Of a stretch of DNA of 64,000 nucleotides, positions 11,403 to 26,770 are shown in pieces. This DNA comes from Eledone cirrhosa (Eukaryota). Every line of letters starts with the position of its first letter. Position 1 is the first letter of the stretch. The position numbers and the translations under genes were made by a program. The notes below the pieces were generated by a model. It did no database searches. It had not been told where the DNA came from and was given only the letters and a program-made list of their open reading frames with translations. Location of the stretch: the NCBI GenBank assembly GCA_964016885.1, contig OZ024744.1:66898001-66962000 (forward strand). The letters are read 5' to 3'.

Positions 11403-12362
11403 TGAGTTATAAACTCGAAATAGTCTTTTACAATTAAATAGCTCAAAGAAGGGAATATTTCTGAGCCGTGTAATACAAATGAATATATGAGTGCTGAACA
11501 TCTATACAATTATAGAAGTGTTCGGATTGCAAATGACCAAGTTAGCTAGGTTGAAAAATACTAATTTAACATAATATGGTTTGCCTGTCTCGATTTAAAA
11601 TAATAAATCAATAAAAATAACAAACCTATATTGGCAATGGCCGTGACACCTGGACAAATTTTAAATGTTTGACAAATTTTAAATTTGTTTCGCAACAATT
11701 AAGTGAAAGTTACTATTCCTGTGCTCTTCTGCAGGTATCCAGAAATTGGTACCTTCCACTTCAAAATACTCAAGAAGACTGAGAAACATGTGTTGTTGAA
11801 CGCACGTGTGTCCCAGCGCCTAACTCGTCTAATATCCGTGCCACTAAAAATAGCAGTCGGTTTTATGGGACTAAAAATTAGCTAAACGCATGGAGCCGTG
11901 AATATGAAATATTGAGTTATAAACTCGAAATAGTCTTTTACAAATCATATTCACGGCTCCATGCGTTGAGCTAATTTTTAGTCCCATAAAACCGACTGCT
12001 ATTTTTAGCGGCATGGATATGAGACGAGTTAGGCGCTGGGACGCACGTGCGTTCAACAACACATGTTTCTCAGTCTTCTTAAGTATTTTGAAGTGGAAGG
12101 TATCAATTTCTGGATACCTGCAGAAGAGCACAGGAATAGTAACTTTCACTTAATTGTTGCGAAACAAATTTAAAATTTGTCCAGGTATCACGGCCATTGC
12201 CAATATAGGTTTGTTATTTTTATTGATTTATTATTTTAAATCGTGTCAGGCAAACCATATTATGTTAAATTAGTATTTTTCAACCTAGCTAACTTGGTCA
12301 TTTGCAATCCGAACACTTCTATAATTGTTTAGATGTTCATGCCTCATATATTCATTTGTATA
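11391..12362. mobile_element. Long inverted-repeat PLE-like element with partial tandem
   Basis: Arms about 11474-11907 and 11945-12360. Direct repeat about 11391-11443 vs 11901-11943. (TA)n flanks. Confidence 0.85.
12113..12189 (+). ncRNA. Type I hammerhead ribozyme, core variant CAGAAGA
   Basis: GATACCTG-CAGAAGA-GCACA...TGTTGC-GAAA-CAAATT TAA AATTTG-TC-CAGGTATC: 8-bp stem I, true stem III hairpin, GUC site. The mirror copy at 11645-11739 (minus) has an 18-bp duplication. Confidence 0.72.
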
Positions 12363-12904
12363 TATATTTATATATTTATATTAAATCATTTAAATATAGA
12401 TAGATTAAATCTCTCTCTTATATATATGGAATAAATCGATCCCCTTTTATTTTATGGGTACATTATTTTATCGGATGAAAGGATGAAAGGTAAAGTCATG
12501 CTCGGTGGATTTTGAACGTAAGGTACCGTTACCAAATGCATCAAAGCATGTTGTCTGACGCTCTAAAGATGCTGCCAATCTACCGCTCAAACCACTTAAC
12601 AGTCAGTAATAATTGTTTCTACTTTTGGCACAAGTCCAGCAAGTACATTACTGGTACTTTATTTTATCGACCCGTAAGGATAAAAGGCAAAGTTAACCTC
12701 GACGGGATTTGAACTCAGACTGTAAAGCATGGCCTCCAACCGTCTACCGATACTGCCAATTTACCAATAATGTAAAGTACAAAGAAGAAAGAAATCAGAT
12801 TGAAACATATCAATTGAGGACTTACGTGATAGACACTTGATCCTCAAAGTTAGAGAGTAAACAACACTGAATAACAAAGGTATGGTACATATATAAATAC
12901 ACAC

Positions 12905-13510
<606 letters not shown>

Positions 13511-13836
13511 GTTAAACAGTTGGAGATCAACCGGAAGGATATTCCAGCATCTTGCAATCCGATGTAACAGAATTTATCTCTAAGAGGAATTTATAAATAA
13601 ATACTTGAAAAGTTATATCGGACATTTGTTCCTGTTGTTCTTGGGGATAACAAGCTCAAGATAGATGTCCCGAGAAAGAAAACAAAGTTAGAGTAATTTA
13701 ATTCAACTGTTTGTTTTGATGACTATTCTAGGACTGAATATAGAACAGATTTAGAACACGCACGCGCACACGTACACGCACGCGCACACGCACACGCACG
13801 CGCACACGCACACGCACGCGCACACACACACACATA

Positions 13837-13889
<53 letters not shown>

Positions 13890-14884
13890 ACACACACACA
13901 CACACATCTTGGCAACAAACAACAACAGATAAAGACCAGATTTCGTTTATAGACTTTAGTTTAATGCTGGAAATATAATATGAGAAAGTCTGTTTCAGGC
14001 ATTAGTCCTTCATCCGAAAAAAAATAGAATATGAAATGGAGGGATGGGGAGATGGCGAGAGAAAAAATAAAATAAAAAGAACCCAGAAATTCGGGAGCAT
14101 TATTTAGAAAAGGGAAGGGCTGTGTGTTGACAGTATCGGTAGAGCATCGAGCAACATGCTTGCAACATACAGTAAGGTCTTTTTATGTTCTGAGATCAAA
14201 TCCCAGCGAGGTTAGCTTTGCCTTTCATTCTTACGGGGTCGATAACATAAAGTACTTGTAATTAACTGGGGCGATTTATTCGACTTCCCGCCACAAAAGA
14301 AAAAAAATATTGTGGGCCTTTTGCCTAAATCAGAAATCATTATTTAAAAAGAAGATCCTTTTCTAGATCGGACCCACGAAACTCTGTTTCAATTTATCTT
14401 TCTAGTACTTATGTTATCTGTCAGTTTCAACTGCTTTTCAGGTAAAATGAAATAAAGTTTGAACTCAAAATGCACGAAGCCAAAAGAAATACTGACGTTT
14501 TAACATTTCTACAAAATAGATACCGATCGCTGAACTGGTACCCTCGAAAGATACAGTAAAATGTAAAATTCGACCAGGTAGAGGCTAGTGATTGTATGTT
14601 CATAGGTTTGTAATTGCTAATGTAAAATAATTTAGGAATCTTCTCCCTCATCCCCTCTCTTCTGCAACACCAGAGCTCTTGCGATCCCCTCCTCTTCCCG
14701 TTCTTTTTCTTCTCCCTTTCTCTCTTTTTTCTATATTTCCCTATTCTTTCTCTCTTTTTGCCCCCCCCCTTTTTTTTTTCTTACTAAATAAGGTTTGTTT
14801 TCTTTGCTTTTGAATAAATTTGATTTCTTAGACACTACATTAAAAAAATATATAAATATACACAAATAAATGTTTGGATGTACA

Positions 14885-14990
14885 TACGAGGGTCGACTGA
14901 AAAGTTCATAGATTGAAAATTTCATTGGCTGACCAAGATACTCTCAACGTATGACCAAATGTGGTTTATTTTTCAACATAGACTCTGGAA
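14885..14990 (+). mobile_element. mariner-type DNA transposon end
   Basis: TA-CGAGGGTCGACTGAAAAGTTC resembles a mariner terminal inverted repeat. No partner end found. Confidence 0.55.
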
Positions 14991-15639
14991 AGAAATAATG
15001 CAGTTATTAATGAGAAGAGTTGAAATTAAGCATGCAAGATTATGTGATTGGAATTGAATCCGCAAACTCTTAGTTAGCATTATAGTGCTATAGAAGAATG
15101 ACTCCAATGCATGTATGCATGCTACTACAACTCTAGAGAGAGTCGTGGGGGGGGGGGGCACCGTATTGAAATATGGCATCTCTAGGGCATTTTTCTATAA
15201 ACCTGGCGGTGCCCATTTCCTCTCTAGGTCTGAATACAGAAAATTTCTTCCAGGGAAGGAAAGAGCGAGAGAGGATTGAAGTGAGAAAGAGATGTAGAGG
15301 TTGAATCGAATAAAATAAGTACCAGTCAAGTACTGGTACTTGACTGGTACTTATTTTATTGACCTCAAATGGATGAAAAGTGAAGTTGACCTCGGCGGGA
15401 TTTGAACTCAGAAAGCAGAGAGGCGGAATGAATATCGCAAAGCGGTCTATCTGATGTTATAACAATTCTGCCAATTTACCGCCTTACAATGACCATTATA
15501 ATTCGACTAAATAAGCTACCTTTGTGGCTATGTCTTGAAATGTATGTATGCATGGTTCTGTAACTCCTGATACTGTTTATTAAATACATTCGTTAACTGA
15601 CTTAACAAGCCTGTTGCCCAGGCTTGTTAAGTCACTTAA

Positions 15640-15822
15640 TTGTTTCTACTATTGGCACAAGGCCAGCAATTACCCAGTGCATTACTGGTACTTTATTTTA
15701 TCGACCCCGTAAGGATGAAAGGCAAAGTTAACCTCGGCGGGATTTGAACTCAGATCGTAAAGGGACGTCACTACGCTGGAAAGTATGTCTGACCCTCTAC
15801 CGATACTGCCAATTCACCGCCC
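15640..15822 (-). mobile_element. Young Meta-type SINE with 17-bp TSD
   Basis: Flanked by TTGTTAAGTCACTTAAT on both sides. Confidence 0.85.
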
Positions 15823-16973
15823 TTGTTAAGTCACTTAATGTCCAGTATGTACACATGTATGGTTCTGTAACTCTTGATAGAGTCGTAGGGACAGTATAAT
15901 CACATACAGCCTGTCTTGGGCATTTTAAGCCTGGCGGAGCCCATCCCTCTCCAGGCCTGGGTACAGCAGTTTTCTTCCAGAGAAAGATAGAAAGTGAGAG
16001 AGAGGAAATGAGAAAGAGATATAGAGGAAAAATACACCCCAGTACTTGACTGGTACTTTTTTTTATCGAGCTCAAATAGATGAAAGGCAGAATTGACCTC
16101 GGCAGCATTTGAAATCAGCGAGCAGAGAGCCGGAACGAACATCGCAAAGGATTCTATCTGATATTATAACGACTCTGCCAAATCACCACCTTACTATGAC
16201 CACTATAATTCGACTAAATAAACCACTTTTCTGGCTCCGTCTTGAAATACTATGTTTAATCCTTGCTTTATTCGCATATTCTTTGTTATTTTTATCTTTT
16301 ACTATTTTATGAAAACCGACACTACCGTATCTCTGTTCTTTGACCCTTAATATCTTTGACTCTAGTTCGGTTCGTTCAGGTCACCGAGAGAATATATAAG
16401 CAGTAGAAAGAAAGAGAGAAAAGTAAAAACATTGTACGGTTAATGATATTAGTTTAACGCTTAATTAAATGTTTCGGACGATCGACCTTTATCATAAAAG
16501 AAAAAAAAGAATAGTGAACGAGACGGAGTGAGAAGTAAGAAAGAAAAATGAAAGAAAGAGCCAAAAGGAGAGGGAAAAAGAAAAGTGTTGATTTTTTAAA
16601 TAGAAAAGAGGAGAGGAAGTATTTGTAAGGGTGAGTAAGAATAAATTTTCTCAAGACAGTGTGTTTTCATACTTATGGGAAAGCGTGTATGTAGTGGTGG
16701 CTGTATGTGCGGATAAATTGATCGTGTTGGTTTGTGTGTTCGGTTGAAGTGCACCGACTGCATTTGGTGAGGATGCATGAGTTGCGGAAACGTGTGTGTA
16801 TAGTGATACGGCTCTCTGTAGATATATGTGTATGTGCGTAGATGTGTGAGTGAGTGAGTGGCTTTTCGATGCAGTGTATGAATGTTTGGTATATGTGTGT
16901 GTAGGGGGTGGGGGTGTTTGTGTGCGCGCGCGCACGTGTGTGTTTATGTGTGCATGTTAGTTCTTATGTTTTT

Positions 16974-17075
<102 letters not shown>

Positions 17076-17129
17076 GGCATTTAAATGAAATGTGACATTT
17101 CGATCTATAATTATTTTTTCCCCTATCTG

Positions 17130-17385
17130 CCATGCCGCCAGAGCGCAGGTCGGTTTTCTCGACATGCTGCCCCCAACGACATATTGAGAAGGAGTCAGGG
17201 TGCAGCCGGCTTCCCATCACAACTGGAGCCAGCAGGCTCCGACCGTGGAGACGACAAGCGTCCCTCTTCCCATTTGAAGGAAGGAAATTCCTGATATGAG
17301 GCACGCCAGGAGTTCTGTCGCTGGCCATTAACCGCGAAAATGCCTTTGCAGTTTTGTCCGTGGGTGCAGCCGAGACACCGTCTCA
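17130..17385 (+). pseudogene. Degraded CRE-like retrotransposon fragment
   Basis: [21 protein letters not shown], homologous to 19059-19613. Confidence 0.65.
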
Positions 17386-17909
17386 TCCTAGACTCACAGT
17401 CTGTCACCCTCTCCTCTATCTTTCTTCCGCTGCCTAATAGTCCTTGCTCTTTCCCTCCTTTTCTTCACATTTATGACATTTATAGTCCTTTCTTCTACTT
17501 TCCTATACAGCCAAATCTGCCCTTCTTTACCCTTTTCATCTTGATTTTTTAAAACTTAATTTTGTCTTATCTTTTTTAAATATTTCCATCATTGTATAAT
17601 TTCTGTTTGTAAAATATAGTTGACATAATAAAACCATAGCTAAACATTATTTATTATGCTTCTAGCGCAGACCCCCCCCCCACCCGTGATATCTAAGAAA
17701 ACGACAATGGAAAAGATAGTCTTGTTTAGATTTAGGCCAGTTACGGTGGAGCAGACACGAATAAAGGCATTCGAAACGCGATAATCCCGTTGCTGTTGTT
17801 GTTTTCTTTTAATTTATAGACAATGGACTACCTATAGTACAACCCTTCAACGTCCGTCCAGGTATAGATGGATAGATAGATAGATATATTTAGGTAGATA
17901 GATAGATAG

Positions 17910-17992
<83 letters not shown>

Positions 17993-18016
17993 TAAGTATA
18001 TAAGCTGGTAGATCAG

Positions 18017-18960
18017 TCAATCATATTGATGGCCTCCCCACAGCCCCGGCGGTGACAGAATGGAGAAGGCGTTTCTCCGCGGGACGGCAAGGGAGACGCG
18101 CTGGAAGAGCCATTCCAGCTCGCGAGGCTCACACCAGCGGCTGGCTAACTCAGCGCCTATGGTGGTGAGTGAGGAGGTAGCCCTAGGGCCGAGGACACCA
18201 GAAGTCTCCACTGCCAGGGGTACAACCGCAAACCTGTCGGAGAGTGACCGGTATTTGAAGAGTTTGGCCTCCTGAGCCCGACGTGTAGCAGAACCTGGGT
18301 TAGTCGTAGACTGCACCAGGTTGCGGCTGCAGAAAGTGTCGGTGCAAGTGGTATCCCAGACGAGGGGTTGCCACCGCGGAATGGGAAGATGGTCATACCA
18401 TCTGGCCTTTTGCCGTCCCCTCGGTCCAGCCCCACCGGCTGGAGCTGGGAAGGGAAGCTTGCAACGTCCAAGCCTCAAGGAAACACCGCTGCGCAGGCTA
18501 TTGTTATCTAGCTACGTGCCAGTGGAGAAGGAGGGCAGGGGATGGAGCCAGGCACCACTGTGAGGTTTGGAGGCCGCACGAAAACAGGCAAAGCGGTGCT
18601 GGTCGAAGTGGTGCGAGAGCCTGTCTGAAGCCAGGCTGCATTCGATGGCATCCCAAATGCTTTAGGGGGACTTTATGTCAGCAGGGAGAGAAGGGGGAGG
18701 GACGTCTACTGGGCTAAGTCCCATCCGGTCCCACGTCTCACAGGCAGCCTCACGTTCCCTGATCACAGAGGGTTCCATTGTGTTTTGGAGAACCCTGCTG
18801 ACGACGATGTAGCATGAGGTTACCGACGAAAGAAACGCCGCAAAGCCAGTGAGATCGGGGACCGGAGGCCAAGGCCGCCATACCTGACAGGTAGTGTGGC
18901 CTGTTGCCATCCAATGTCGTCAAACCTGACGTTGCATATCTCCTCGGCTGCTACCTTAAC
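18017..18960 (-). pseudogene. CRE-like non-LTR retrotransposon 3' part (restriction-like endonuclease)
   Basis: RPDG / LVWDTTCTDT / EAKLFKY / PLAVETSG motifs, frameshifted. Confidence 0.8.
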
Positions 18961-19034
18961 TGTTAAGTCCTTTGTTTTAATGACAATGGGGTGTGATTTG
19001 GAAGTGATTTAGCTGCTATTTCTAGCAAGTCCAG

Positions 19035-19650
19035 TTAGAACGTCGCTGCGGTTCCACCGTGGACTCTTTCGGCCTCCACTCGCTTTCCTGTCGCCACAGC
19101 GCCAGCCGCATTCCACGCCATACTGCCCTCAACAAGGTTATTAAGCATGGCTTGGACGCTACAGGCTTCCTTTCCCAGCTCCAGCCGGTGGGGCTGGATC
19201 GAGGGGACGGCAAAAGGCCAGATGGCATGACCATCTTCCCGTCCCGCGGTGGCAAACCCCTCGTCTGGGATGCCACTTGCACCGACACTTTCTGCAGCCG
19301 CAACCTGGTGCAATCTGCGACTGACCCAGGTTTTGCTGCACGTCGGGCTGAGGGGGCCAAACTCCTCAAATACCGGTCGCTCTCCGACAGGTTTGCGGTC
19401 GTTCCCCTGGCAGTGGAGACTTCTGGTGTCCTCGGGCCCAGGGCTACCTCCTTACTCACCACCATAGGCGCTGAGCTGGCCAGCCGCAGATGTGAGCCCC
19501 GCGAGTTGGAGTGGCTTTTCCAGCGCGTCTCCCTTGCCGTCCTCCGGGGAAACGCCTTCTCCATTCTGTCCGCCGGGGCTGTGGGTGGGCCCCATCGCGT
19601 ACCAATACATTAGTTAAATACCATTCTTTCATCTGATACAACACAATAAA
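19035..19650 (+). pseudogene. CRE-like non-LTR retrotransposon 3' part
   Basis: HSLSC..RH..LN, RPDG..WDATC..EGAKLLKY..PLAVETSG: zinc knuckle plus PD..D/E-type endonuclease. Confidence 0.82.
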
Positions 19651-19724
19651 GTTTCTTCTCTCTTTATAAAAATAAAAAATAAAAAAAAGTAATCTCTTGC
19701 TTGCTCGTCAATTTCAACGACAAT

Positions 19725-20895
19725 AGCGCCGATGACAATAGCTATGATGACGATGACGATGACGATGATGATGATGATGATGATGATAGTGATGATGGTT
19801 CGGAGGATGACGATGACGATGATGATGATGATGATGGTGGTGATGGTGATAATTATGATAATGATGTTGATAATAATGATAATAATGATGATGATGATGA
19901 TAATGATGATGATGATGATGACGATGAGGATTATGATGATAATGATGATGGTGGTGGTGTTAATGATGATGATGGTGGTGGTGATGATGATGATGGTAAT
20001 GGTGATAATGATGACGATGACGATATGACGATGATGATGATGATGACGATGATGATGGGGTGGTGGTGATGATGATGATGGTGGTGGTGGTGGTGGTGAT
20101 CATTATGTTTAAAGTAGCATGCCCTGCTTTAAATACCAGTTGTGAAAAAATACAGTCGATATATTTTTTTAAAACAATTTTTTTCCCAAAATTATTTTCG
20201 ACCAATCAAAACGCTTCTGGTTGTTTTTCAATAAAATTGACAGCAATTGTAAAATGACACCTTTTGGTATTCCTTTTGTTTTTTAAAGGCAGTAAACATT
20301 TTGTCTGGAAGCTTGATGATGATGATGATGGTTATGATGATGGTTATGATGGTGATGGTGGTGATGATGATGGTGATGGTGATGGTGATGGTGGTGGTGA
20401 TGATGGTGATGGTGATGGTGGTGGTGATGACGATGAGGGTGATGATGGTGATGATGATGATGCTGATGATGATGATGATGGTTATGATGATGGTTATGAT
20501 GGTGATGGTGGTGATGATGATGGTGATGGTGATGGTGATGGTGGTGGTGATGATGGTGATGGTGATGGTGGTGGTGGTGATGACGATGAGGGTGATGATG
20601 GTGATGATGATGATGATGATAATGATGATGGTGATGATGATGATAATGACGATGATGATGATGATGATAATGACGATGATGACGATGATGATGGTGATGA
20701 TGATGATGGTGATGGTGGTGATGATGATGATGATGGGGATGATGGTGATGATGGTTATGATGGGGATGACGATCATGATGATGATGATGATGGTTATGAT
20801 GGGGATGATGATGATGATGATGGTGATGATGATGGTTATGATGATGATAATGACGATGATGACGATGATGGTGATGATGGTGATGATGATGATGG

Positions 20896-20936
<41 letters not shown>

Positions 20937-21084
20937 GTGATGATGGTTATGATGGTGATGATGATGATGATGATGGTTATGATGATGATAATGACGATGA
21001 TGACGATGATGGTGATGATGGTGATGATGATGATGGTGATGATGATGATGGTGATGATGATGATGATGATGATGGTGACGGTGG

Positions 21085-21116
<32 letters not shown>

Positions 21117-21420
21117 GTTATGATGATGATAATGACGATGATGACGATGATGATGATGATGATGGTTATGATGGTGATGATGATGATGGTTATGATGATG
21201 ATGATGGGGATGATGATGGTGGTGATGATGACGATGATGATGGTGATGATGATGATGATGATAATGGTGATGGTGGGGATGACGATGATGGTGATGATGA
21301 TGACGATGATGATGATAATGACGATGATAATGGTGATGATGGTGATGATGGTTATGATGGTGATGATGATGGTTATGATGGTGATGATGATGATGATGGT
21401 TATGATGACGATGATGATGA
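19725..21420. repeat. Two degenerate (GAT/GGT)n trinucleotide arrays (19725-20100, 20314-21420)
   Basis: Direct reading. An internal higher-order duplication of about 150 bp lies at 20314-20615. Confidence 0.95.
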
Positions 21421-23431
21421 CATTTGTATTGTTAAGGAGTGCATTAACGTTGCTATTACATTTATTACCATCGGCATATCATTGAATCAAAGTATGATAT
21501 ATTTTTAAACAGAAACTTTACAAGGAAAGTGTATCTTAAGGTGGCCACGGTCAATTTCCTGTTGGACTGGTTTCTGGCTTCTTCTCCCAATAGAGACACA
21601 ATTCTATAAAATATCTTACTATCTTAGAAAGCTAGACACGCCAAGAAACGTTATCTCTTTTGAAAGCTTTCTATATGTTATCTATGTAAGTGAATATTTA
21701 AAGACCTCACCACAATGAATGCAGGGATATAAGTGGAAAAACGAATGGTAAAATAAGGAAAGACAGTTATTGTGATATTAAGTGGCCAGAACTACAAATT
21801 GAATTAGAATTCGATGGTACAAATGATATGACATTGTTCGTTTTCTATTATCTATCAAAGGCGTCGTTAAACTTTCTTTTATTTGACTTAGTTTCTTAAT
21901 CATTCTGTCTACATACATGTCATCTTGTTTCCTAAGCTCTTTTGGAAATTATATTTCTCCTCTTGACAAACACAATTGACTTGCAAGCAACCCAGTTTTC
22001 TGTCTCAAAAATCTGTCAATAATTCGTGAAATAAAGTTGATTGATCAGTATATCTATTGACAGTTACAAAATGTCTTGTCTAAAATCGAGTATTTCATAA
22101 TTACCTGCAACCAAATCTATTTTCCTTTTTCTTTTCGTATAAAAACCGATTCATTCTCTCTGGAAACAATTCTATTTTTATCTAATTCCAATGAATGAAA
22201 TATGAAATGGTTTCAAACACTAATTTATTATGTTAAAAACAAAACAAACCCACCCCATAGACAAAACAAAACAACAACAAAATAACAAAACGAAAACCTA
22301 TACACACCCCTTATCTCTACTACAACAAAACAAAATATATTGTCTATAATTCATTCTGTACTGTATAGTTTATTATTTCTTCAGCACTGTGTCTGTATTT
22401 TTATTTGCCGCATTTCTGATAAAAGTGTTCGTTATTTTCCCCAAGGGATGTTCTTTCCTTACCGATATTTTCCAAAGCTTTTTGACGTTGAGTGTTTTTT
22501 TTTTTGTTTTTTTTTTCTTCTTCTTCTTTTTGTTGTTGTTGGCCAATATACACTGCCTGAAGTCAACTGTAGAACCAAAATCTAGTCTGTTACTTTTCCT
22601 GTATACTAGAAGATGGTACGTATTACACTATGGTGCATATGAAGTGATTATATATATGTGTGTATGTATAGTATATATATATATATATACACATATACAT
22701 ACATATACATATATATGTACATATATATATATACTCATATATATATACATATATATATGTATATATATGAGTGGATATATATATATATATAATATAAATG
22801 TATTATCGTTAATACAGATGTTACATAAAACATATACGTGTGTGTTAGTATTATGTATGTACAAACTCACAAACAGATATATATGCGTGATAGTTATTCA
22901 ATTGTTGAACGTGTATGACCATACCTCATTCTTGATAAGGAAATATATTGTCAGAAATCCCCGTGCGAACGTTCGTCAAGAAGAAAAAAAAAATGACGGA
23001 ACACATTTCTTCTAGAGATATATTTTAACGAAGGTCCAGGATGTAACCTTCTCTTAGTGAGATGTTTTAACGAAGTTCTTGGATTAAACTTCTAATGACA
23101 TGTTGTAAGAGATTTTAGAACGAATGTTTGGATGTGTTTCACTTCCAGGAGACTTACAGTACGGTATATTTCATCCAAAAATGTTTACGTCACCGCTCTA
23201 TGCCCACATGCAAAAAAAGATATATTTTTGTATACAGACGCTTGTATCAATGAGCGTGTATATATATACAGTTGTATATGACAAAACTCCCATTTCACGT
23301 AAAAACCCTGAATAATTTCAAAATAAAATAATAACTTTAGCCGCATATCAAATCAATGCATATGAACAGTGAAAACGCACACAAGCACATGCATTCTTAC
23401 ACACACACACACACACACAGACAGACACACA

Positions 23432-23484
<53 letters not shown>

Positions 23485-23503
23485 ACGCACATGCACGCAC
23501 ACG

Positions 23504-23586
<83 letters not shown>

Positions 23587-23601
23587 GCGCATATATACAT
23601 C

Positions 23602-25300
23602 GAAAAATCTTGACCTGGTTACAACGTTCTCAAAGGATATAGTTTGGCCAAGATATATGATTGCAAAGCGGGGGAAAACTACATTCCAATCTAGCAACAT
23701 TCTCACCAATGGCCTAACTGTTTCACCGATATCTGACGAGGACTGCTACAGATACCTGGGGATAGATGACAATAATATATCCTATAATGGTATTTGTAAT
23801 AAGGAACGCGTAATCAGGGAATATTACACCCAATTAAGAAAAATATGGTCATCGGAACTGTCTACGCACAGTAAAACAGTGGCTCGCAATGTGTTTGCTG
23901 TGCCTGTCCTAACACCAATGTTTGGAACTAGATTGGACGATAGACGAAATACGAGCAATTGATGTTAGGACTCGAAACATTCTAAGCAACACCGGAAACT
24001 TCCACATCAACAGTGACATAGACCGCCTTTACTTGAAACATAAGCAGGGAGGCAGAGGCCTATCATCAGTCCTAACAGCATTTGGACTTCGAACCTCGAA
24101 GCGTAGGAGCCCATCTATCGAGCAAGTCTATCTGCATGAGACATATTAGATCATGAGAGTTGGGAAGGAACTCCTTGAAAGACATTCCCTGCATGTTAAT
24201 CAAAAACTGACACCCAAGGAAATTACCCAGCAGTACCGCAGCGAATCCATGGATGAAAAACTGTATGCTTATCAGCAAAAAATCATGCATGGATATGTTG
24301 CCAGGAAGCTCCAGAGTGAGAGTAATATAGATAAGGAAAGTAGTCTATCTTGGACCAACAATCGTTATATTGGCTCCCACTTTGAAGGATATGTTTTTGC
24401 AATCCAAGAACAGGAAATCAATACGAAATACCTGATTCACAAAAGACATAGGGATGCAGGCAAAACACGTAGATGTGACAAGTGCAGACTCTGCAGAATT
24501 AACATATAAGATGTCACCCATGTCATAAGCAGCTGTCCAAAGATGTCAACGGGGTACTATCTATCTATAAGACATTATGTAGTGGGCAAAACACTGTACA
24601 ATACAATCTGTAGAAAGATAGCCCCGATAATAAACACATTAAAAGCTACAGCAATGTGGAAGACATATACATACAAAATATGAAAGAGTACTGGTGGAAT
24701 GTTCCAGTCAAAACCGCAATAAAATGCAAACATAACAAACCAGATATGGGATAGGGAAAAGAAGGCATGCACAGTAGTGGAAGTTAGCTGCCCAGCAGAT
24801 GCCAATATATTAAAGATTGGCGAAAAGGAGAAAATCTATACAGAACTAATGAGAAATCTGCAGATACACCACCCTGACTATACCTTCAGATTTATTCTTG
24901 TGTTATTAGGGCACTGGGGTATGTTAGTAACTGCCTCAATACAAATCTTGAGAAGCTGGGCTTCACGGAAACAGAAAGAACACGACTAGTTAGCAAATTA
25001 TAAGTACAATCCATTAATGGAACAGTAAAAATATGTAAAACATTCCAAAAATTTTGTATCTAATAACTGCATCAACACACGTACAGATTCGAAGCATATG
25101 CACATGCACATATGACTCAAAACATCCACATCCACACATACAATAATATCCATATCTGCACACACATGCATGCATGCAGACATGCATACATATCTACCTA
25201 GTTGTGCAAATTCAAATGAGAGAGTCTTGTAACTATGTTAGAAACCGACTCTTTCTCTATTGGTAACATTTTATAAAATTATAAAACCAGAAGTACATAC
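23602..25300 (+). pseudogene. 5'-truncated R4/Dong-clade LINE
   Basis: YRYLGI, DIDRLYLKHKQGGRGL, FAIQEQEINTKYL, CRLC..THVISSC, KPD..EVSCPAD motifs; multiple frameshifts; (TACA)n tail. Confidence 0.85.
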
Positions 25301-25308
25301 ATACATAT

Positions 25309-25892
25309 ATGGTGGCTGCCAACTCGTTTTCGAGTACGGCCACTACTTTATATCCATGTAGGAGAACCCCTACCGATGCGCTGAACGAGTGTGACTGTTT
25401 AGTCCAGCCAGCGACTTGAAAACTCTGGTACCAACACTACACTTGTGACAATTATTGACACATAGTGCTGGGCCCATGCTACCATGTGACGACAAGTGCA
25501 GAGAGATCTCCAGATATAAAGCAATGCCTGTGCTGTGAAGCTTTTATAGTGAGCAAAGGCACTGCACAAAGCCAGTCCCACTCTCTTAACCAAGATTATA
25601 TTTACCAAAAAGAAGAACAAGTCAACATCATTGGATACCATCAGGGTTGCAGGTGTTATATCAGAGTTTTCCTTCTCCTAGAATTCTGCCTTGACAAAGG
25701 CTAAGGGGTCATCTCTCCCGGTGATTTTGGATGGCCATTGACTCTTAAGAGCTCCTTTGCCCTTTGACAGGTTTTGATTTTAGTCCTGCAGGATGTCCAA
25801 AGTCACCCTCCTCACCAAGAAACCTTGGTGGGGTTGCCAGTTTAGTCGCCAACGAACCGACCATGAGACAGGTTGTACTGGGATACATGTTA
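25309..25892 (-). mobile_element. Non-autonomous RTE-related element, family A
   Basis: Near-identical to 33937-34548, slightly 5' truncated, inside (TACA)n. Confidence 0.78.
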
Positions 25893-25911
25893 CATACATA
25901 CATACATACAT

Positions 25912-26453
<542 letters not shown>

Positions 26454-26629
26454 CATACATACATACATACATACAGACATACATACAAACATACATAAAT
26501 ACATACAAACCTACATAAATGCATACATACATACATCCATCCATCCATACATACATATATACATGAAGTATTCGTGGTACGGCAAGATCACAGATCAGGT
26601 ATGTATTCGATGTATAGTAATTAACAGAA

Positions 26630-26770
26630 TCCAAATGCGAATGGAGGATTTGTACTTTGTTGTTCGTAGTTTCTTGTCAGAGTTCTGTGTCTAAGACAGG
26701 TAATCTTTGATTGGGATGTTTGGTTGGGCAATCTATGTTCTCCTTGGTGTTCTTCTCTAGTTCCTCAGTG
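26630..26770 (-). pseudogene. Penelope-like reverse transcriptase fragment
   Basis: Manual translation DCPTKHPNQRLPVLDTEL*QETTNNKVQILHSH resembles the PLE RT 'LP(F/V)LD' region. Confidence 0.5.

Noticed and set aside
11703-12149. Two mirror-image ORFs (60 and 92 aa)
   Set aside because: Products of the inverted repeat, antisense to the hammerhead, with non-ATG starts and no recognisable domain.
13978-14020. Hammerhead remnants on the minus strand (also about 16455-16500, and plus strand about 1915-1970)
   Set aside because: Cores or stems too mutated to call; at most fossils of HHR elements.
20264-21508. 414-aa Asp/Gly-rich ORF (acidic biomineralisation-like)
   Set aside because: It is a degenerate (GAT)n array open in several frames and on both strands. 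Equivalent arrays occur at 19725, 49875 and 58945, with no signal peptide or splice support.
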